DNA from: Octopus bimaculoides
Lineage: Eukaryota
Assembly (NCBI RefSeq): GCF_001194135.2
Contig: NC_068989.1
Span: 59,210,853-59,274,852, forward strand
Direction of reading: 5' to 3'
Length of the DNA: 64,000 bases
Shown: in pieces, positions 35,901-51,397 of the stretch
Numbering within the stretch: the stretch's first letter is position 1
Layout of the letters: each line of letters opens with the position of its first letter
The notes under the pieces: model-generated
What the model was told of the DNA's origin: nothing
Databases searched by the model: none
What the model saw: the letters and a program-made list of their open reading frames with translations, nothing else
Position numbers and translations under genes: made by a program

Positions 35901-38900
35901 GAAAAGCAACGAAGACCCGTGATTTTCAATGAGAAAATGTAGAAATTTAAAGAGACAATGGAGACTGGAGCATCACAGCGTATTGTTAGTTAGTTTACAA
36001 TTAAATAATTCAATGTATGATATTCTAGTTTTACTCAAATATTCCTTGAACCTTTTCTGGAATTGGTTCTAAGATTCTAGAAACTCAAAGATTTCCTTTT
36101 TTATTTTTAATTAGCTTAAAGTTTATCAAATTCTACTGTGAATAATTAATGATAAATATAAAACATGATTTTGCAATTATAATTAATTTTAGTATAGCTA
36201 ATTTTGTTCCAATGATTACCTGGAATCATGGATGGCGTTATTGCTTTGATGGCAAACATTGGTAGGTGGTATGGCCATATACCATGTCCTGGACATGAAT
36301 TAGTTGGGTAGAAAATTATCTATCACTGTAATTAAGATTTCATTATATTTGAAACATATTTACATAGAGAAATAATGCGGAGAGCCCGTTACAACGCGAA
36401 GAGAGAATTAATCTACTATAATAATACTCTTGTGTTTTTCTCCGTCACAACATATGAATGAGAAAGGAAGGGATGAGAGCAAACTGACGGTGACCATTCA
36501 ACGCTGAAAAGAAAATTCAAACAGCATTTCAACTCTGTGTGAGTATATGTGCGTATGTGTATGCGTGTACAAGGGTAGTATGTGAATGTATGTGACATGG
36601 AAAAGTGTATTAATTGGATTTACTATCCGTATTTATATATAAAATACTACCCTTAGCCGTAATTTTTGACGGCACGGGGCCAGCTAGTCTTATAATAATG
36701 TTGCTTGTCATTTCGTTACTTAGCCTGTCAGTAACGCTTTCACGTGATTAGAGAAAAAGAGGGAGAAAGAAAAGAGGGAGAGAGAAAAAGAGGGAAAGAG
36801 AGAAAAGGAGAGACAGAGAAGTGTCCATGACGTGAGATAGAGGGAATGTAACTGAAACGCTTTCACGTGATTAGTTGAAAGAGAAGACAGGAGAAAGAAA
36901 AAGGAGAAAGAAAAAGAGGATAAGGCGAAGAGTGAGACAGAAAGAGGGTGGAAGAAAAAGAAAGAGAGAAAAGCGTCTGACGTGAGGCAGAGAGAACGTA
37001 ATATTTATTACGTGCTTTGAAAGTTAGTTGAAGATAGTGATATATAGAGAGTTAGAGATATAATCCTCGCAGCGGGATGATATTCTGATGGGGCGATTAA
37101 AGAAAGGTAGAGAGAGAGGCAGAGAGAGTGGGAAGGGAGTGAGAGGAGCGAGAGAGAGAGAGAGAGCGGGGAGAAAGAGAAGAGAGAGAAGGAGAGGGGA
37201 GAAAGAGAAGAGAGAGGGGGAGAGGGGAGAGAGAGATGATAATGGTGGTGATGGTGGTGGAGGTGGCGGTGATGAGTGGATAGTGAAAAGTGTATTTTGT
37301 ATAGCACCTATCACTTAACGCATGCGCATAAGTGCAATTCCGTGAAATATTCACGCTTATTTACGTGGAAGATATATGCAATTTAACAAAAGGTTGTATC
37401 ATATGTACGAGATTTTTTTTTTTTACTTATGGGGGAAAATGGAAAAATTAGAATGAAGATCTATTTTATGAGTGCTGTGTGTTAAGTCCATAAAATTGTG
37501 CATNNNNNNNNNNNNNNNNNNNNNNNNNNNNNNNNNNNNNNNNNNNNNNNNNNNNNNNNNNNNNNNNNNNNNNNNNNNNNNNNNNNNNNNNNNNNNNNNN
37601 NNNNNNNNNNNNNNNNNNNNNNNNNNNNNNNNNNNNNNNNNNNNNNNNNNNNNNNNNNNNNNNNNNNNNNNNNNNNNNNNNNNNNNNNNNNNNAGGTTTA
37701 CCATTAACTCCGTGAAACATTCACGGGTCCCGCAAGTACAATATTTTATTAATTCCTTAATAAAGCAGTAAACGAATTATCTAAATCTAGAGACCACCAC
37801 ATTTATATAATCACATTATTTTCATTATTTATATATTAGATTACATTTGTGAAGGCGCATGGCTCAGTGGTTAAAGCATCGAGCTTACAATCGTGAGGTT
37901 GTGAGTTCGAATCCCGAACCGGACTGCGTGTTGTGTTCTTGAACAAGACATTTTATTTCACGTTGCTTCAGTTCACTCAGCTGTAGAAATGAGTTGCGAC
38001 ATCACTGGTGTTAAGATGTATCAGCCTTTGCCTTTCCCTTGGCGGCGTGGAGAGGGGAGACCGGTATGCATGAACGACTGCTGGTCTCCCATAAAACAAC
38101 CTTTCCCTGACTTGTGCTTGGGAGGGTAACTTTCTAGGTGCAATCCCATGGTCAGTCATGACCGAAGGGGGTCTCAGCATATTACCTTTATTTACCTCAT
38201 ATTTACTAATATTGTCGTGCAACACTCAGAGGAAAATAAAGCCGTGTTGTAATACGTTATATTTTTCAATATAATTTTCCCCCATCTATCTTAATATTTT
38301 ATGCGCAGTTTGTGCTGCATACTACTGAGAACAATTCATGTGAGTATCTACTAAGCATATGCTCGTATGAACTATTAGGAATGTTGATGTTATTTACACC
38401 AGTATTGGGACGCGGTTTAATTAGAATTACATTAGTAAACACGTCGTGGAGGCACAATGGCCCAGTGGTTAGGGCAGCGGACTCGCGGTCATAGGATCGC
38501 AGTTTCGATTCCCAGACCGGGCGTTGTGAGTGTTTATTGAGCGAAAACACTTAAAGCTCCGCGAGGCACTGACAGGGAATGGTGTGAACCCTGCTGTACT
38601 CTTTCACCACAACTTTTACTTCCTGTTTCTGTTGTGCTTGTAATTCAAAGAGTCAGCCTTGTCACACTGTGCCACGCTGAATATCCCCGAGAACTACGTG
38701 GAGTGCTCAGCCACTTGCACATTAATTTCACGAGCAGGTTGTTCCGTTGGTCGGATCAACTGGAACCCTCGACGTAGTAAGCGACGGAGTGCCAACAACA
38801 AACTAAACACGTCACGTTTTAACTTCATTTTTTAAAATTCATGCCATCAAGTTTATCTCGGTTATTTCCCTCATTTTACTTAGTTATGCAAATTGTATTG

Positions 38901-41900
38901 AGTAACTCATTTTATAGACACTTTCAGTCAGCTGACAATTTTTGATGTGTTTGCCATTCTCTGAATGTTACTCTTTATTTGTATATTAAATGCATGCAAT
39001 TGGTACACTTGAACAACAATATTAACACCCAACAACATTTTTGATAATAGATGGCTATTATGATGCTTATAATGAAATACAATATGTTTACTAAGTTACA
39101 GTTCCCGCAAACAATTTACAGGCGTTTATTGTGGGTCACTGTTAACAATGACGAACCTTCCTAGTTATTTTATCTAACATAACTCACTGAGTTTCAAATT
39201 TTATATTTTCCCGAATTTCATATCCCGACTAATCAAATAAATAACAGTATTATATAAGAAGAGCCAAGTATGACATTCACCTCTAGCTGTTCCTACTTAG
39301 ATGCCAACGAAAAGAGAAACCTTATCTAAAAGTATGAATTTTCTTTCTTTTAATTTTCGCGTTCAATTCTCCGCTTGTGTTTAGATCTTTTCAGCTTCAA
39401 TAAAATAGATATTAATAAAAAAAAAATTAAAATAGATTCAGCTCATTATATCTTTTCAAATATTGTTGTCTTTCCTAATAAAATGAAATTTGTATAAATA
39501 TTGGTGATCAAGGAGGCGAGCTGGCTGAATCGTTAGCACGCTGGACGAAATGCTTCGCGGTATTTTGCCCGTCGCTACGTTGAGTTCAGATTCCGCCGAG
39601 ATCGACTTTACATTTCATCCTTTCGGGATCGATAAATTAAGTACCAGTGAAACATTGGGGTCGATGTAATCGACTATCCCCTCCCCCAAATTTCAGGTCG
39701 TGTGCCTATAATAGAAAGGATTTGTCTATTTGCTTTTTTTGTCTGTCTTTACGCTCTGAGTTCAAATTCTGCCGAGGTCAACTTTGCCTTTCATCCTTTC
39801 GGGGGTCGATAAATTAAGTACCAGTTTTGTACTGTGGTCGATCTAATCAACTGGTCCTCTCCCTCATAATTTAGGTCCTTGTGCCTAGAGTAGAAAAGAT
39901 TAATATTGGTGATCTAAGGTCCCGTTATTTGACTCAAAATATAAACAAAAACAAAAGAATAGAATTAACTCTTGTGTGAATTTAGCACAGAAACGCATAA
40001 GTCAAACTATAGAATTTTTAGAGGAAAAAATCTGTTGAAATGTGGAACAAATTATATAGATAGTTATTATGTCCACTTATGAGAGGAATTAATTGAGACC
40101 TTACCAATCCGTCATTAATGACTTCTTTAATCCATAACATTTCAGGTACTATATTTTTCAAATACCATTTAAAAGTTTTACATTTTAAGTTTTCACGGAG
40201 TGTTTTTCTCTGACTAACATCACCATAATTTACCTAGAAAAGATCAAATCAATAATTTCTAGTACAATATACCATTTTCCTGGAGATTTAAAAAACATAT
40301 CGACTTCGTAAATAGATTGCTTTTAAATACATTATAAAATTATTTACCATTTCAAACTTAAAAAAAAAAAACGATTAAACATTATATTTTAAGAAATCTT
40401 TTAAAAATATTACAACAAATAACAGTATATCTGAATATGTTCGGTGATGATTGAACCAGATACACGAGGAACAACGTTGAGTACTTTTTAATAAAATGTT
40501 AATCATAGTGATTATTTTTTGATTAGACTGGTGGCCTCGGATGTATAGACAGAAATGAGATCGCTTCAATTGTCACGTCTTTAACGACGGCTCTGATAAT
40601 AGAAAGAAGAACTATTTTCAAGCAACAATCGTAACCAAATTCCATGATTAATTAGCTTCATGGTATTCTTTGGCTCTTGCTACAAGTATAAAAATCAAAG
40701 AAATTAGATTCAGGTTATCTTTTAGAAATCAGTTTTACTCACCAAATTCCAGTTAATTCGATTGTAATATATATTTTTGTAATTGTCCATCCAGACTTCC
40801 GCTAATCTTATAGCGTTTTTCTTTACTACAGCAACACCCTTTGGCCACTTATAAGGGGAAGATGCCCGAAATATATGCCCAACATGAGAGCACGGCATAA
40901 TATCCATACGACCTCCACACATCCATGTCTGCAAAAAATAACACCCATATAAGAACGGATGAATGTTGTAACCAAATGGTGTAAATAAGGTCCACCGTAG
41001 TTCTAGTTTATTCCCTAGCTTATACACCCTAGCTTTAAGAGTTAGCGCACGATTTTGAAACGAGTTTGTACTTAAGTGAAGTAAAACATGAAAAAGTAGT
41101 GTATATACGTCCATCGGTTTAAGGTAAGATTTAGCTTTTGTATACCATTGTTTAGCATTTTCGGATGTCTAACCAGAATTTTTAGTATGTAACTGGCAGT
41201 TAACTTCGATGGGAAAGGCATTTAGCTGACTACTTTCTTTTGAGTAGCTGTATTCTGAACACGATTTATGATCATAACCTAAATCATCATAACCTAAATC
41301 ATCATCACCATCACCATCATCATCATCATCATCATCATCGTCATCATCATCCTCAACATCGTCATCATCGTCATCGTCATCGTCATCATCATCATCATCA
41401 TCATCGTCATCATCATCCTCAACATCGTCATCATCGTCATCGTCATCGTCATCATTATCATCATCATCATCGTCATCATCATCGTCATCATCGTCATCAT
41501 CGTCATCGTCATCGTCATCATCATCGTCATCATCATCGTCATCGTCATCATCATCGTCATCGTCATCGTCATCGTCGTCATCGTCGTCGTCGTCGTCATC
41601 ATCATCATCATCATCATCATCAACAAACGTCTATCTTCCATGCTGGCATGGGTTGGATGGTTTGACAGGAGCTGGCAAGCCAGAAAGTTGCACCAGGCTC
41701 CGTTGTTTGTGTTGGCATTGTTTCTACGTCCGAATACCCTTCCTAACGCCAACCTTCTTTTAGAGAGCACCGGGTGCATTTTATATGACATCAGCACTAG
41801 TGCAGCTTATGTGGCATCGACACCAGCTGGAGAGTGGCTTTGTATCAGGTGATAGATGAGAATATAATGGAGGAATAGAGTGAGGTGTCTTACTACAGAA

Positions 41901-42365
41901 GAGATACTTAACTACTCCAGTAGGAAAAGAGAGGAGACGGAGGAAAGATAAGAGAATCAGAGAGCAAGATAGAGAGACAATCAGAGTGAGCGAGAGAAAA
42001 TTAGATGGTGTTGGAGATGCATAGGGACCTACACATAGATAACAAGGTAAGTAGCACGAAGGGGATAGAGGAGTACGCCCATAAGAGTGTGAAGGGCGAT
42101 TTGGAGAAGTGAAAGAGGTGACTGTAGCAAGTAATGGTGATAGAATTTGGAGTGGCTGGTTGGTGGATATGGTAGAAATGTGAGGGAGTGGAGAGTGTGC
42201 TGATAGGCACGTGAAGCAGAGTGGATGGGTCTGCATGGGTAGTGGGTAGTGATCATGGATAGTGGTCTGCGGAGGTGGATGATGGGCTGCAGGGGAGTTT
42301 TTACAGAAAACAGATTATGTGCGTGAGTGTGTGTGCATGCGTGTGTGTGCGTGTTTGTGTGTGTG

Positions 42366-42432
<67 letters not shown>

Positions 42433-45400
42433 CCTACCACAACTTCACTTATCTTTTTCTTCTCAAGCACAGGAAATCACCAAAGACCTTAGTCCTTATC
42501 ATCTTAATGAAGCTCAACATCCGAAGATCGTTTCTCACCACTTCATCCCACATCTTCCTGGGTCAACTTTTTCCACAGATTCCCTCTACACTTAGAGATT
42601 GTTACAGCATTATGCAGCTATCTTCATCTGTACGCATCACATGACCATAGCAGCGCAGTCTTCTCTCTTGCACACTAGATCTGATGCCGCTTACACGTAA
42701 TTTTTCCCTTCAAACTTTTACCCTCTGTCGCACATGTACAATGACATTGTACATCCGGTGGAACATGCTGGCTTCATTTCATTCAAGCTTTCGCATCTCC
42801 TCTGCAGTTACAGCCCATGTTTCATTGCTATTTAGCATAACTGTCCAAACACAAGCATGCAGCATGATTGAACGATTATTTTTTGTCAGAAGATATGATG
42901 CAAATTCGTGTCAATTCTGCTGATGAAGTTTATTATTGAACATGAATGAGTACAACGATGTGTTGTAATGTAGTTCTTCATTATGCTTCTGTGTAAGTGG
43001 CATTTGCCGAAGTTTAGGTTTAATGTGATGCTTAAGATGTTTACAATACTTACTTCAATCTCTACCGGCAAGTTTTAAATTTAATTATTTAAACGTTGGT
43101 ATAAAATCTTTCCTAAATTTATCTAGATGTAACTAGTCATACAATACATAAAAAGAATTACATCGCCGAGGCAAGTAAAAATGCGAAATGAAAACCGATT
43201 CGACCCCCACGTAACTAGAAACTTCCTAACGTTATCCTAACATTATAATGCAGACATTTCCCCAACAATAACAAATACTATAAGGTATACAAGAAATATG
43301 ATATAAAAGTTAGTTAGACCTGCATGAAAATCATCGCCAACTCCGTTGTTAGAATGTAACAGAAGCACACACGTGCGAATAAGACAAACTCTTCATTTCA
43401 GTTAACTTACAGCATTATTATGCTCTACATTCTCAATAATAGGTCACTAACAGGAATAGACGTCTTCAGGGTCAATGTGACTCTTACAGAAATAAAGAGA
43501 AGAGATGCCGAGAATATGTACCATATCATTTGAAATTACGATCTGTGATAAACCGGTGATCTGCCAGAAGAATATCTTTTATTTATTCCTTATGAAAATA
43601 AAGCTAAGAATGACCAATAAATGCTACTCAGCGCCAAGGTGACGTTTACGTACAATTAAAATACTACTGTGCTGGAAATGACGTAAAGACAATTGGTCCA
43701 ACTGTATCTCAATAGTAAATTTTGTTTGTTAATATTGTACTATTACAGTGCGGCGAGCTGGCAGAATCGTTTGCACGCAGGGCGAAATGCTTAGCGGTAT
43801 TTCGGCTGCTGTTACGTTCTAAGTTCAAATTCCGCCGAGTTCAACTTTGCTTTTCATCCTTTCGGGGTCGATTAAATAAGTACCAGTTATGCACTGGGGG
43901 GGTCGATTTAATCGACTTAATCCGTTTGTCTGTCCTTTTTTGTCCCCACTATGTTTAGCCCTCTGTGGGCAATAAATATTGTACTACTACACTAATGTAA
44001 TCATTATATTATTTTATGTATAGTAATCTTAATAGTTGTCATTTTGATATCAAAGAAAAGGCATCTTACCTTAAAAGATAGCTCAAGATTTTCAGAACCC
44101 CACGTTTCAAAACCGGGGTCGAAAGTGCCCAATCTTTCAAAGAAATCTTTTCTCATTGATAAAAGACCACCTGCAATTGTCGGAGTCCTGCAAATATAAG
44201 AACCACATATGTACAAAACTATGTGATATATTTTTTTAATGTTTTCTATGATAAAAAAAAAGCAGTAAACATTTCAAATATTGGCATTTTTTAAAAAACC
44301 CATTGAAGTTTTCACGGAATTGTTGAAAACTTTATATTTCAATGGAGATGGCTATTTTATCACCCTAAACAAATCATAATGTGTGGTGACTGGATTCTCG
44401 CCATGCTATAATATGACGACTGCACACGTTTGGTAATCTACAGTCTTACTGAGAAATATTAGATGGCAACGAAGCTGTAGATTGCCCAGTTCTATCTTGT
44501 TATGATGTTTTGGATTATTTGCATCGTCAGAGCTACTTTCAGTATCTTTAATATATCCCAAAATTGCCTACATATTGTTTTTAACACTGTTGTCCGTGGT
44601 GATAATTTCCCAGCCTATATACCTATTGTTTACTTTTTGGAGTTCATCGGTAAAATCATTTTAGATAAGTCTTGTTCAAAGAATCATTGTTTACTCTTTA
44701 AAAGAGAGATTCTTTGCCATTAAGCAAGGATCTTTTGTTTCAGATGTCATATTTGGCATGTATTTGTCATAATATATTTTTTTATCAATTTTTATCATTT
44801 TCTTATTGATTTGAAGACTGTAAAAGATTTTTCTCTTATCTATTTTCTCTGTACGATATTTACTCAAGATTTGGTATTCCTATATCAATATGTTGAAAAT
44901 ATCACTCACTTCCCTATTTTAAATATAATAGCTACTCACATATATATTTCGTTCTAGCTGGTGATATTGATATTATTGTTATTTTTCATTATGCCTCTGA
45001 TAAACAGATATTATTTTATTATCGCCGTTACTGACTTATTTAGTTTTATTTTGTTGATTAACATGGAAATATAGTGCTTCCAATTCTTTGATTTCTTCCA
45101 CCTTTATATTATTATCATATTTAAGATTTCCATCTTTTATTTTCATATTTTTAGATATGTTTAATAATCCATGTTTTTCGTATTTTTGTTTGTGTTGTTC
45201 ACGTTCATTTTATGTTGATCTGCATTCTGTGGATGTTTTCATTTTTTTTGTTTTGTTAGTTTTGTGATTTACATTGTTTGTCACAATTTGGTTCCATACT
45301 GTTCATTTGCATTCCCGATATTTTTATCTTTTTAGACCTTGCGTTTGTTGTATTTTAGTTGTGTATTCTTTTAATTGTTCCATTTCGATTGCTGATATTC

Positions 45401-48400
45401 CGTTTGCTTTAAGCATGTGCCTTTTTAAATTAGTTATTTTGTTGAGATTCATAGTTATGTTTAGATTCCTGTTATTTTCCTTTCAAATTGTATATGACTA
45501 TTGTCGTTTCGCTTTTGGTGACAGAATGCAGGTTTAAAATTTGTGTTCAGAATAGAAACATATCCTTCTCATGTTCACTTATATCCCGATATCGAATGTT
45601 ATTGCTCTGCTACCCATTTCGGCCGGATTTGTTCACCCAAGCCAGAGATAATTTCTTTTGATAATTTATATCCAATTCATGAAAATACTTTCCTTGTAAC
45701 AGCCTAGCTTCATACTTCTTTACTTCTATATTATTCTTATGTATGGTTCACTACTGCTTTAAATTGGACACTTACTATTCTAAGTTTAAACCAAATTTTG
45801 TAAAAATTTTGCTGTTGTCGATAAAAAAAGATTTGCTTTCGTTTATTAGCCAAACAAGGACACGAAACAAGATTTGTGGGTCGAATAAGTAGTGGACAAC
45901 ATTAATGACTGATTTTTTATATTTCTTCTTGACACTCGGTAGTTCCCAGCCAACCTTTCCTGTTGAGAAGTACAGTGGCCGATTGTCAGATTTAGTGTGT
46001 CATCTTTTGTAAATACATTAAATAAACTATCATACTGATATTATCAGTTGCAGAAACGTTAGACATTCTGCCTGTGTTAGATATCATTTGTGTTACTTTA
46101 GTTGTCGGTCTTGTCACTTCAAGTGTTTATCGTTGTTTTAATTATTCCTGTGTGCCACACATTGAAGGGCCATCGGTAATTAACCCAGCAGTGCACTGAG
46201 GTAATTGTCACCTAATCTTTAATCACGACTGAGTTCAAACGCAGTTGAAGTCGATGTAGGCGAAGCAAGAGAGATTGCATACTACTTTTAAATAAGAGTT
46301 TTAAACAAAGTTAAAATATTTTAACATAACAAGTGAAACGCATATCGACAACATATAACGAATATATAGAATGTGCAAAGAAATGGTATACTCACATAAC
46401 CGGGTCTAAATTTGATATTCGGATTTTCTTAATTCTTTCTGGTAATAGCATCCATTTAAAAGCTAAAGACCAGTCAAATATGCCGACATTGATATCATCC
46501 CCGAGAGCGGTGAAGTACTCGAATGTATTACTGTCAATAGTATCAATGACTGGTGATACCACAGAATTCGGCTTTTCAACAAGTCTTGCTAGCATAGGGC
46601 GCAACCAGTCTTTAAACAAAGAACAAAACATACTTTTTGAAATTTTGTGTAAAATATTTCATTTTAATACCCTCTTCTTTAGGTTATATTTGTTTTCCTA
46701 AGTGTATGTAAACTAATAATTAACTTTAGAAATAGCAGAAGGATTGTCCTCCGAACGATTTTCTACTAGTCGTTAGGTAATATTTACACATTTGATTGCT
46801 AGTTTGTGTAATTTATCTGATGTTACGTTTATTTCTTCGTTGTATCGTTTATTCGTCTTACAATACTATTCACTCACTCACTCAGTAAATAAATTTAAAA
46901 TAAGACCAAGCACTAAAAGACAGCATTGAAATTTATGAAGAAATAAGATATGATTTTAACTTAACTTAGTCGCGTTCTTTTTTCTCTTTTAAAGAAATTC
47001 AAAGGTAGCCCATCCACTAAGTGGTCGCTTAGTATGCAAAAATAGCAAGGATCATGTTGGTATGTTCTGAGGACAATAGCTTAGCAAAGTGATATGCCAA
47101 CAAATTCACTTCTGATAATTTATTTTCAAATTATTAAAAGATATTCCTTTAACAAATTTCAGAAGGGAAAGGGTGGAGTAACATTTTTATAGTATACATC
47201 ATTAAAACATGGTGTGAATTATGCGACACTCCTTCCCTCTCTCAAAACATTTTTTTCACAATAAATTCCGATATACTCGTAATCTATCCCGTCAGTAAGG
47301 TATTTGTAGAAACCTTAATTTAAAACTACCCATTTTGCTTGGAATTATGAAGAAACAAACTGAGACGTGTGGATTATTCACAACTCCTGGAAACCACCTC
47401 TCCGAAAAGCTTTTCGCAACAAATACTTATATAATCGTAATCTACACCATTTAAAACGTATTCGTAGAAAATTTCATGGGAAAATATCCATTTATCTGAA
47501 AGTTATTAAGAAATAATTTAGTATATGCTCATTGTCAGTGGGAAATACATTAATTGAAAGACAATTGGATTTCTTCCAGAAATACAAACTTCCAGTGCTC
47601 TAGTGTCATAGATCTGAGTGATATGATCTTATTTAGCTGACATTAGGAAGCATTTTAAAGTTCTGATTGAAGTAAATTCACATATATCATTGCTGCTATC
47701 CATTTATGAGAGCAATGTCATGTGCTGAAGTTAGAAAGTGAGTTACTCCATTTGTGATCATAGGCTATACAACTAATGTCAAAATTTGTCTTCTGTGTAT
47801 GCAGAGACTAGCTGGATGACTGAGATTCTAAAGTTCTTACGATACAAATATATGACTTTTTGTCCTGAATGGAAATCAATATTGAATATTCGATAACAAT
47901 ACAATAATTATCAGTAATATACTTGGTCTTCTCTACAATATCACCTCCATAACAAAATTGATTTTAACCTATAGATAAACAGAAATTATTATTGATACCT
48001 GCCACACATTCGCAGTGTGAATCTAGGAACGTAATTATTTCGCTCCTTGATGCATTTACCCCGAATAGCCTCGCTCGAATTAAACCTAGTCGTGTTGTAC
48101 TTCTGATTATGCGGACTTTTGGTAGCTGTTTTATATAATCCTCCAACGGTCTTTTGAGGAATTCTGAAGGATAAAACAAAAGTTACACATATAGATATTA
48201 TAAAAACACTGTTAATATTGTTCTGCATTCATCCATACACAGAATTGGGTGTGGATTTTGAAATGCTGACACACGTACACTAATAAGTAAATTAAAAAAA
48301 CAAAACACCAAACAATATAAATTTATATACATCTTACGAATATGCATATAATTAACAATGCATGTAATAAATAATGAATTACATCGTGTTTTCTCCATCA

Positions 48401-50917
48401 TTATAATTATATGCAAATTTATCGTCGCTGCGGAAAAGTAAGTTAAGTGCTTACACTGCACGTTTTATCTATGAGAATACTCTAGAAAACAGAGCAACTT
48501 GTATAGTTTCAAGTGATCATACAGCCACCAGAGAATTAAAGCAACTTCTGTCCACTCAAATATGACTAGATTGTTACTATTTATAGTGCGTGGTGACTGC
48601 TCTCCGTTAATGGAGGTGAAATAACACACCCGGCTTGTAAATGCTATAAAAACTAGGAACGACCTGAACAAGGGTTATCTCAAGAGTTATGCTCCTTAAC
48701 CCTGAATAGTTTTCTGAAAATGTGTGTACAGTTTAGTAGTTGTTATTCGAGTAAGGATATCGTGTGTGTAAGATTTTTTCAGAGAGGAGTGTATTCGAAT
48801 GCTGAAGCTCATGCTAGAGCGCATATATTTGTGTGTTCGTTTACGCATTGGTTAAACTCTTTGCTGGGTTCTCAGAATTTAGGGTTGGGGAAAAAGAGCG
48901 AAGGTGGAGAACTGATTGTAGTAATGATGGACCTGTAGTCACGGTAAAATATATCTGCTCTCATGTGGGCAAGGACTAAAACTTTCACTTCTGCTGTTTA
49001 GGTAGATGTTTGGGTGGTGAGAATTTTATATGATTCTTTTCTCGGCTAAACATTATCAGCATTTTCTGTTGCAATTAAATGCTGATTACATTTAGCTGAG
49101 AAAAGAATATTAAAAAGTTCTCAGCAGCCAGATATCTACCTAAACTGCAGAAGTCATATTTTTAACCTTTGTCCACAGGTTATCTTGCCTACGGGCTCCA
49201 TCATTACTATAATCACCAGTTCTTTCCCTTCGGCTCTTTCATCCCGAACCCTGAGAAGCCAGCAAAGAGTTCACAGACATATATGCTCTAACATGGGCTT
49301 GAATTTCTCTAAGATATTTTACTTCCTTTTACGACGCGCTTTTTTGAGTCGTGGGTCGTGGGGAAATTGAATGCTTCCATTGACTTGCTTGCTGCTTCGT
49401 TTCCGGATCGTAGCCGTGTCGCCAGCTTTCGTCACCAGTGATGACCATCGAAAACGGGTCCGGATCAACTTCCAACTGTTCTTTCAGTTTACGACACACA
49501 TTCAGTCGTGACTGCTTTTGATCTTCCATGAGCAAACGATGCACAAATTTTGCTGAAACTCGTTTCATTCACATTTTCTTGCACAACATTTGTTGACAGG
49601 AGCTCCAGAACACACCAGTCATATAAATAAATTCGTCAATTGTTCAGAGACGATCCTCCAAAATCAGTTCATGAATTTTTCTGGTGCTTTCCTTTGTTCG
49701 GTAGGTCGACGGTTGCCCTGCATGAGGTTGGTTTTCAAACAACAAGTGACCATTTCTAAAGCGTGAAAACCACTTGTAAACTTCTGTTTTGCTCATGGCA
49801 ACATCCTTGTAAGCTGTTTGAATCATGGCAACTATTTCGGCCGCCGTTTTCCCCAGTAGAAGATAGAATTTCACAGATACACGCTGTTACTTCGTTTCAA
49901 GGTCGCCTCAAGTGGCTTCTAGCGACGGTAGCACGAACTACAACGGACTTGTTTCTTTTGGGTACCCCCTCGTACTAAAGTATACATACATACATACATG
50001 CATACATACATACATACATACATACATGCATACATACATACTACGCATAATATTTAGGGTCATAGGTAGGCAACTATACCAATAGAAAAAGGAAAGTTGG
50101 AACGTAAGAGAAATAATGAACAATGGAAAATGAATGAACGACTAAAGAAAGACTAATGAATGAATGGCATATATAAATTAAGAAAATTTGGAAGTGGTTT
50201 TGGATCCACCAAACTTAATGATGGACATTATGCTATATTAATGTCAAAAAATAGAAAGCAAACATGCCATTTATATCAAAGTAAATACAAATTCATCAGT
50301 GGTACATTCAATACTCAAAAGTTATATTGGCAAATTAAATTGGTATGGATTTTGAGAGATATTGTGGGAAATTAATGTTATAAATAAATATTCGTACTTT
50401 TTATAAAGATTATAAGCAATTTAAGTAAAAAGACTTACAACGTGATATTAAAATGGATCGAGAGTCAGTTTCCCTAAAAAAAAAAAAAGATCGCAAATGC
50501 ATATTATGTATGGAGTATGTTATAAACATACATTAAAATTAATGAAGAATCTGAATAGAATTTCATTGGTATCCGAGGGTTTGGGAATATGAGTATAGCG
50601 ACCAAACCGGTACAAATAAAAATGAAATGTAGTGGAATAAGAAAATACTTACGGAAAGTAGACGCGTCATCAACTAATATGATACTTGACAGCAATTCTA
50701 ATGAAGTGTGTCTAAGAACACTGTGAACGGTACGCAGCAATGTAGACCAAGCTTCGTTGTGGAAGCAAATTATTACTGTAGTGCTAGGTAGGTTACTGGG
50801 ATAAGTCACTCGGTCACATCTGAAGAAATCGAATTGTTAATGTAATGAACATGAAGAAAAGCTGAAACTGAATACTTTAAACCCTTATATGTACACATTC
50901 ACATGCACACACACACA

Positions 50918-50967
<50 letters not shown>

Positions 50968-51366
50968 NNNNNNNNNNNNNNNNNNNNNNNNNNNNNNNNN
51001 NNNNNNNNNNNNNNNNNNNNNNNNNNNNNNNNNNNNNNNNNNNNNNNNNNNNNNNNNNNNNNNNNNNNNNNNNNNNNNNNNNNNNNNNNNNNNNNNNNNN
51101 NNNNNNNNNNNNNNNNNNNNNNNNNNNNNNNNNNNNNNNNNNNNNNNNNNNNNNNNNNNNNNNNNNNNNNNNNNNNNNNNNNNNNNNNNNNNNNNNNNNN
51201 NNNNNNNNNNNNNNNNNNNNNNNNNNNNNNNNNNNNNNNNNNNNNNNNNNNNNNNNNNNNNNNNNNNNNNNNNNNNNNNNNNNNNNNNNNNNNNNNNNNN
51301 NNNNNNNNNNNNNNNNNNNNNNNNNNNNNNNNNNNNNNNNNNNNNNNNNNNNNNNNNNNNNNNNNN

Positions 51367-51397
<31 letters not shown>

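Noticed and set aside
37854-37925. tRNA-like sequence
   Set aside because: Anticodon and acceptor stems do not pair and it continues into a SINE body; a SINE head, not a tRNA gene. The same applies to 38446-38520.
41240-41797. His-rich and Met-rich ORFs on opposite strands
   Set aside because: Products of the (CAT/CGT)n microsatellite in a GALNT intron; no splice or homology support.
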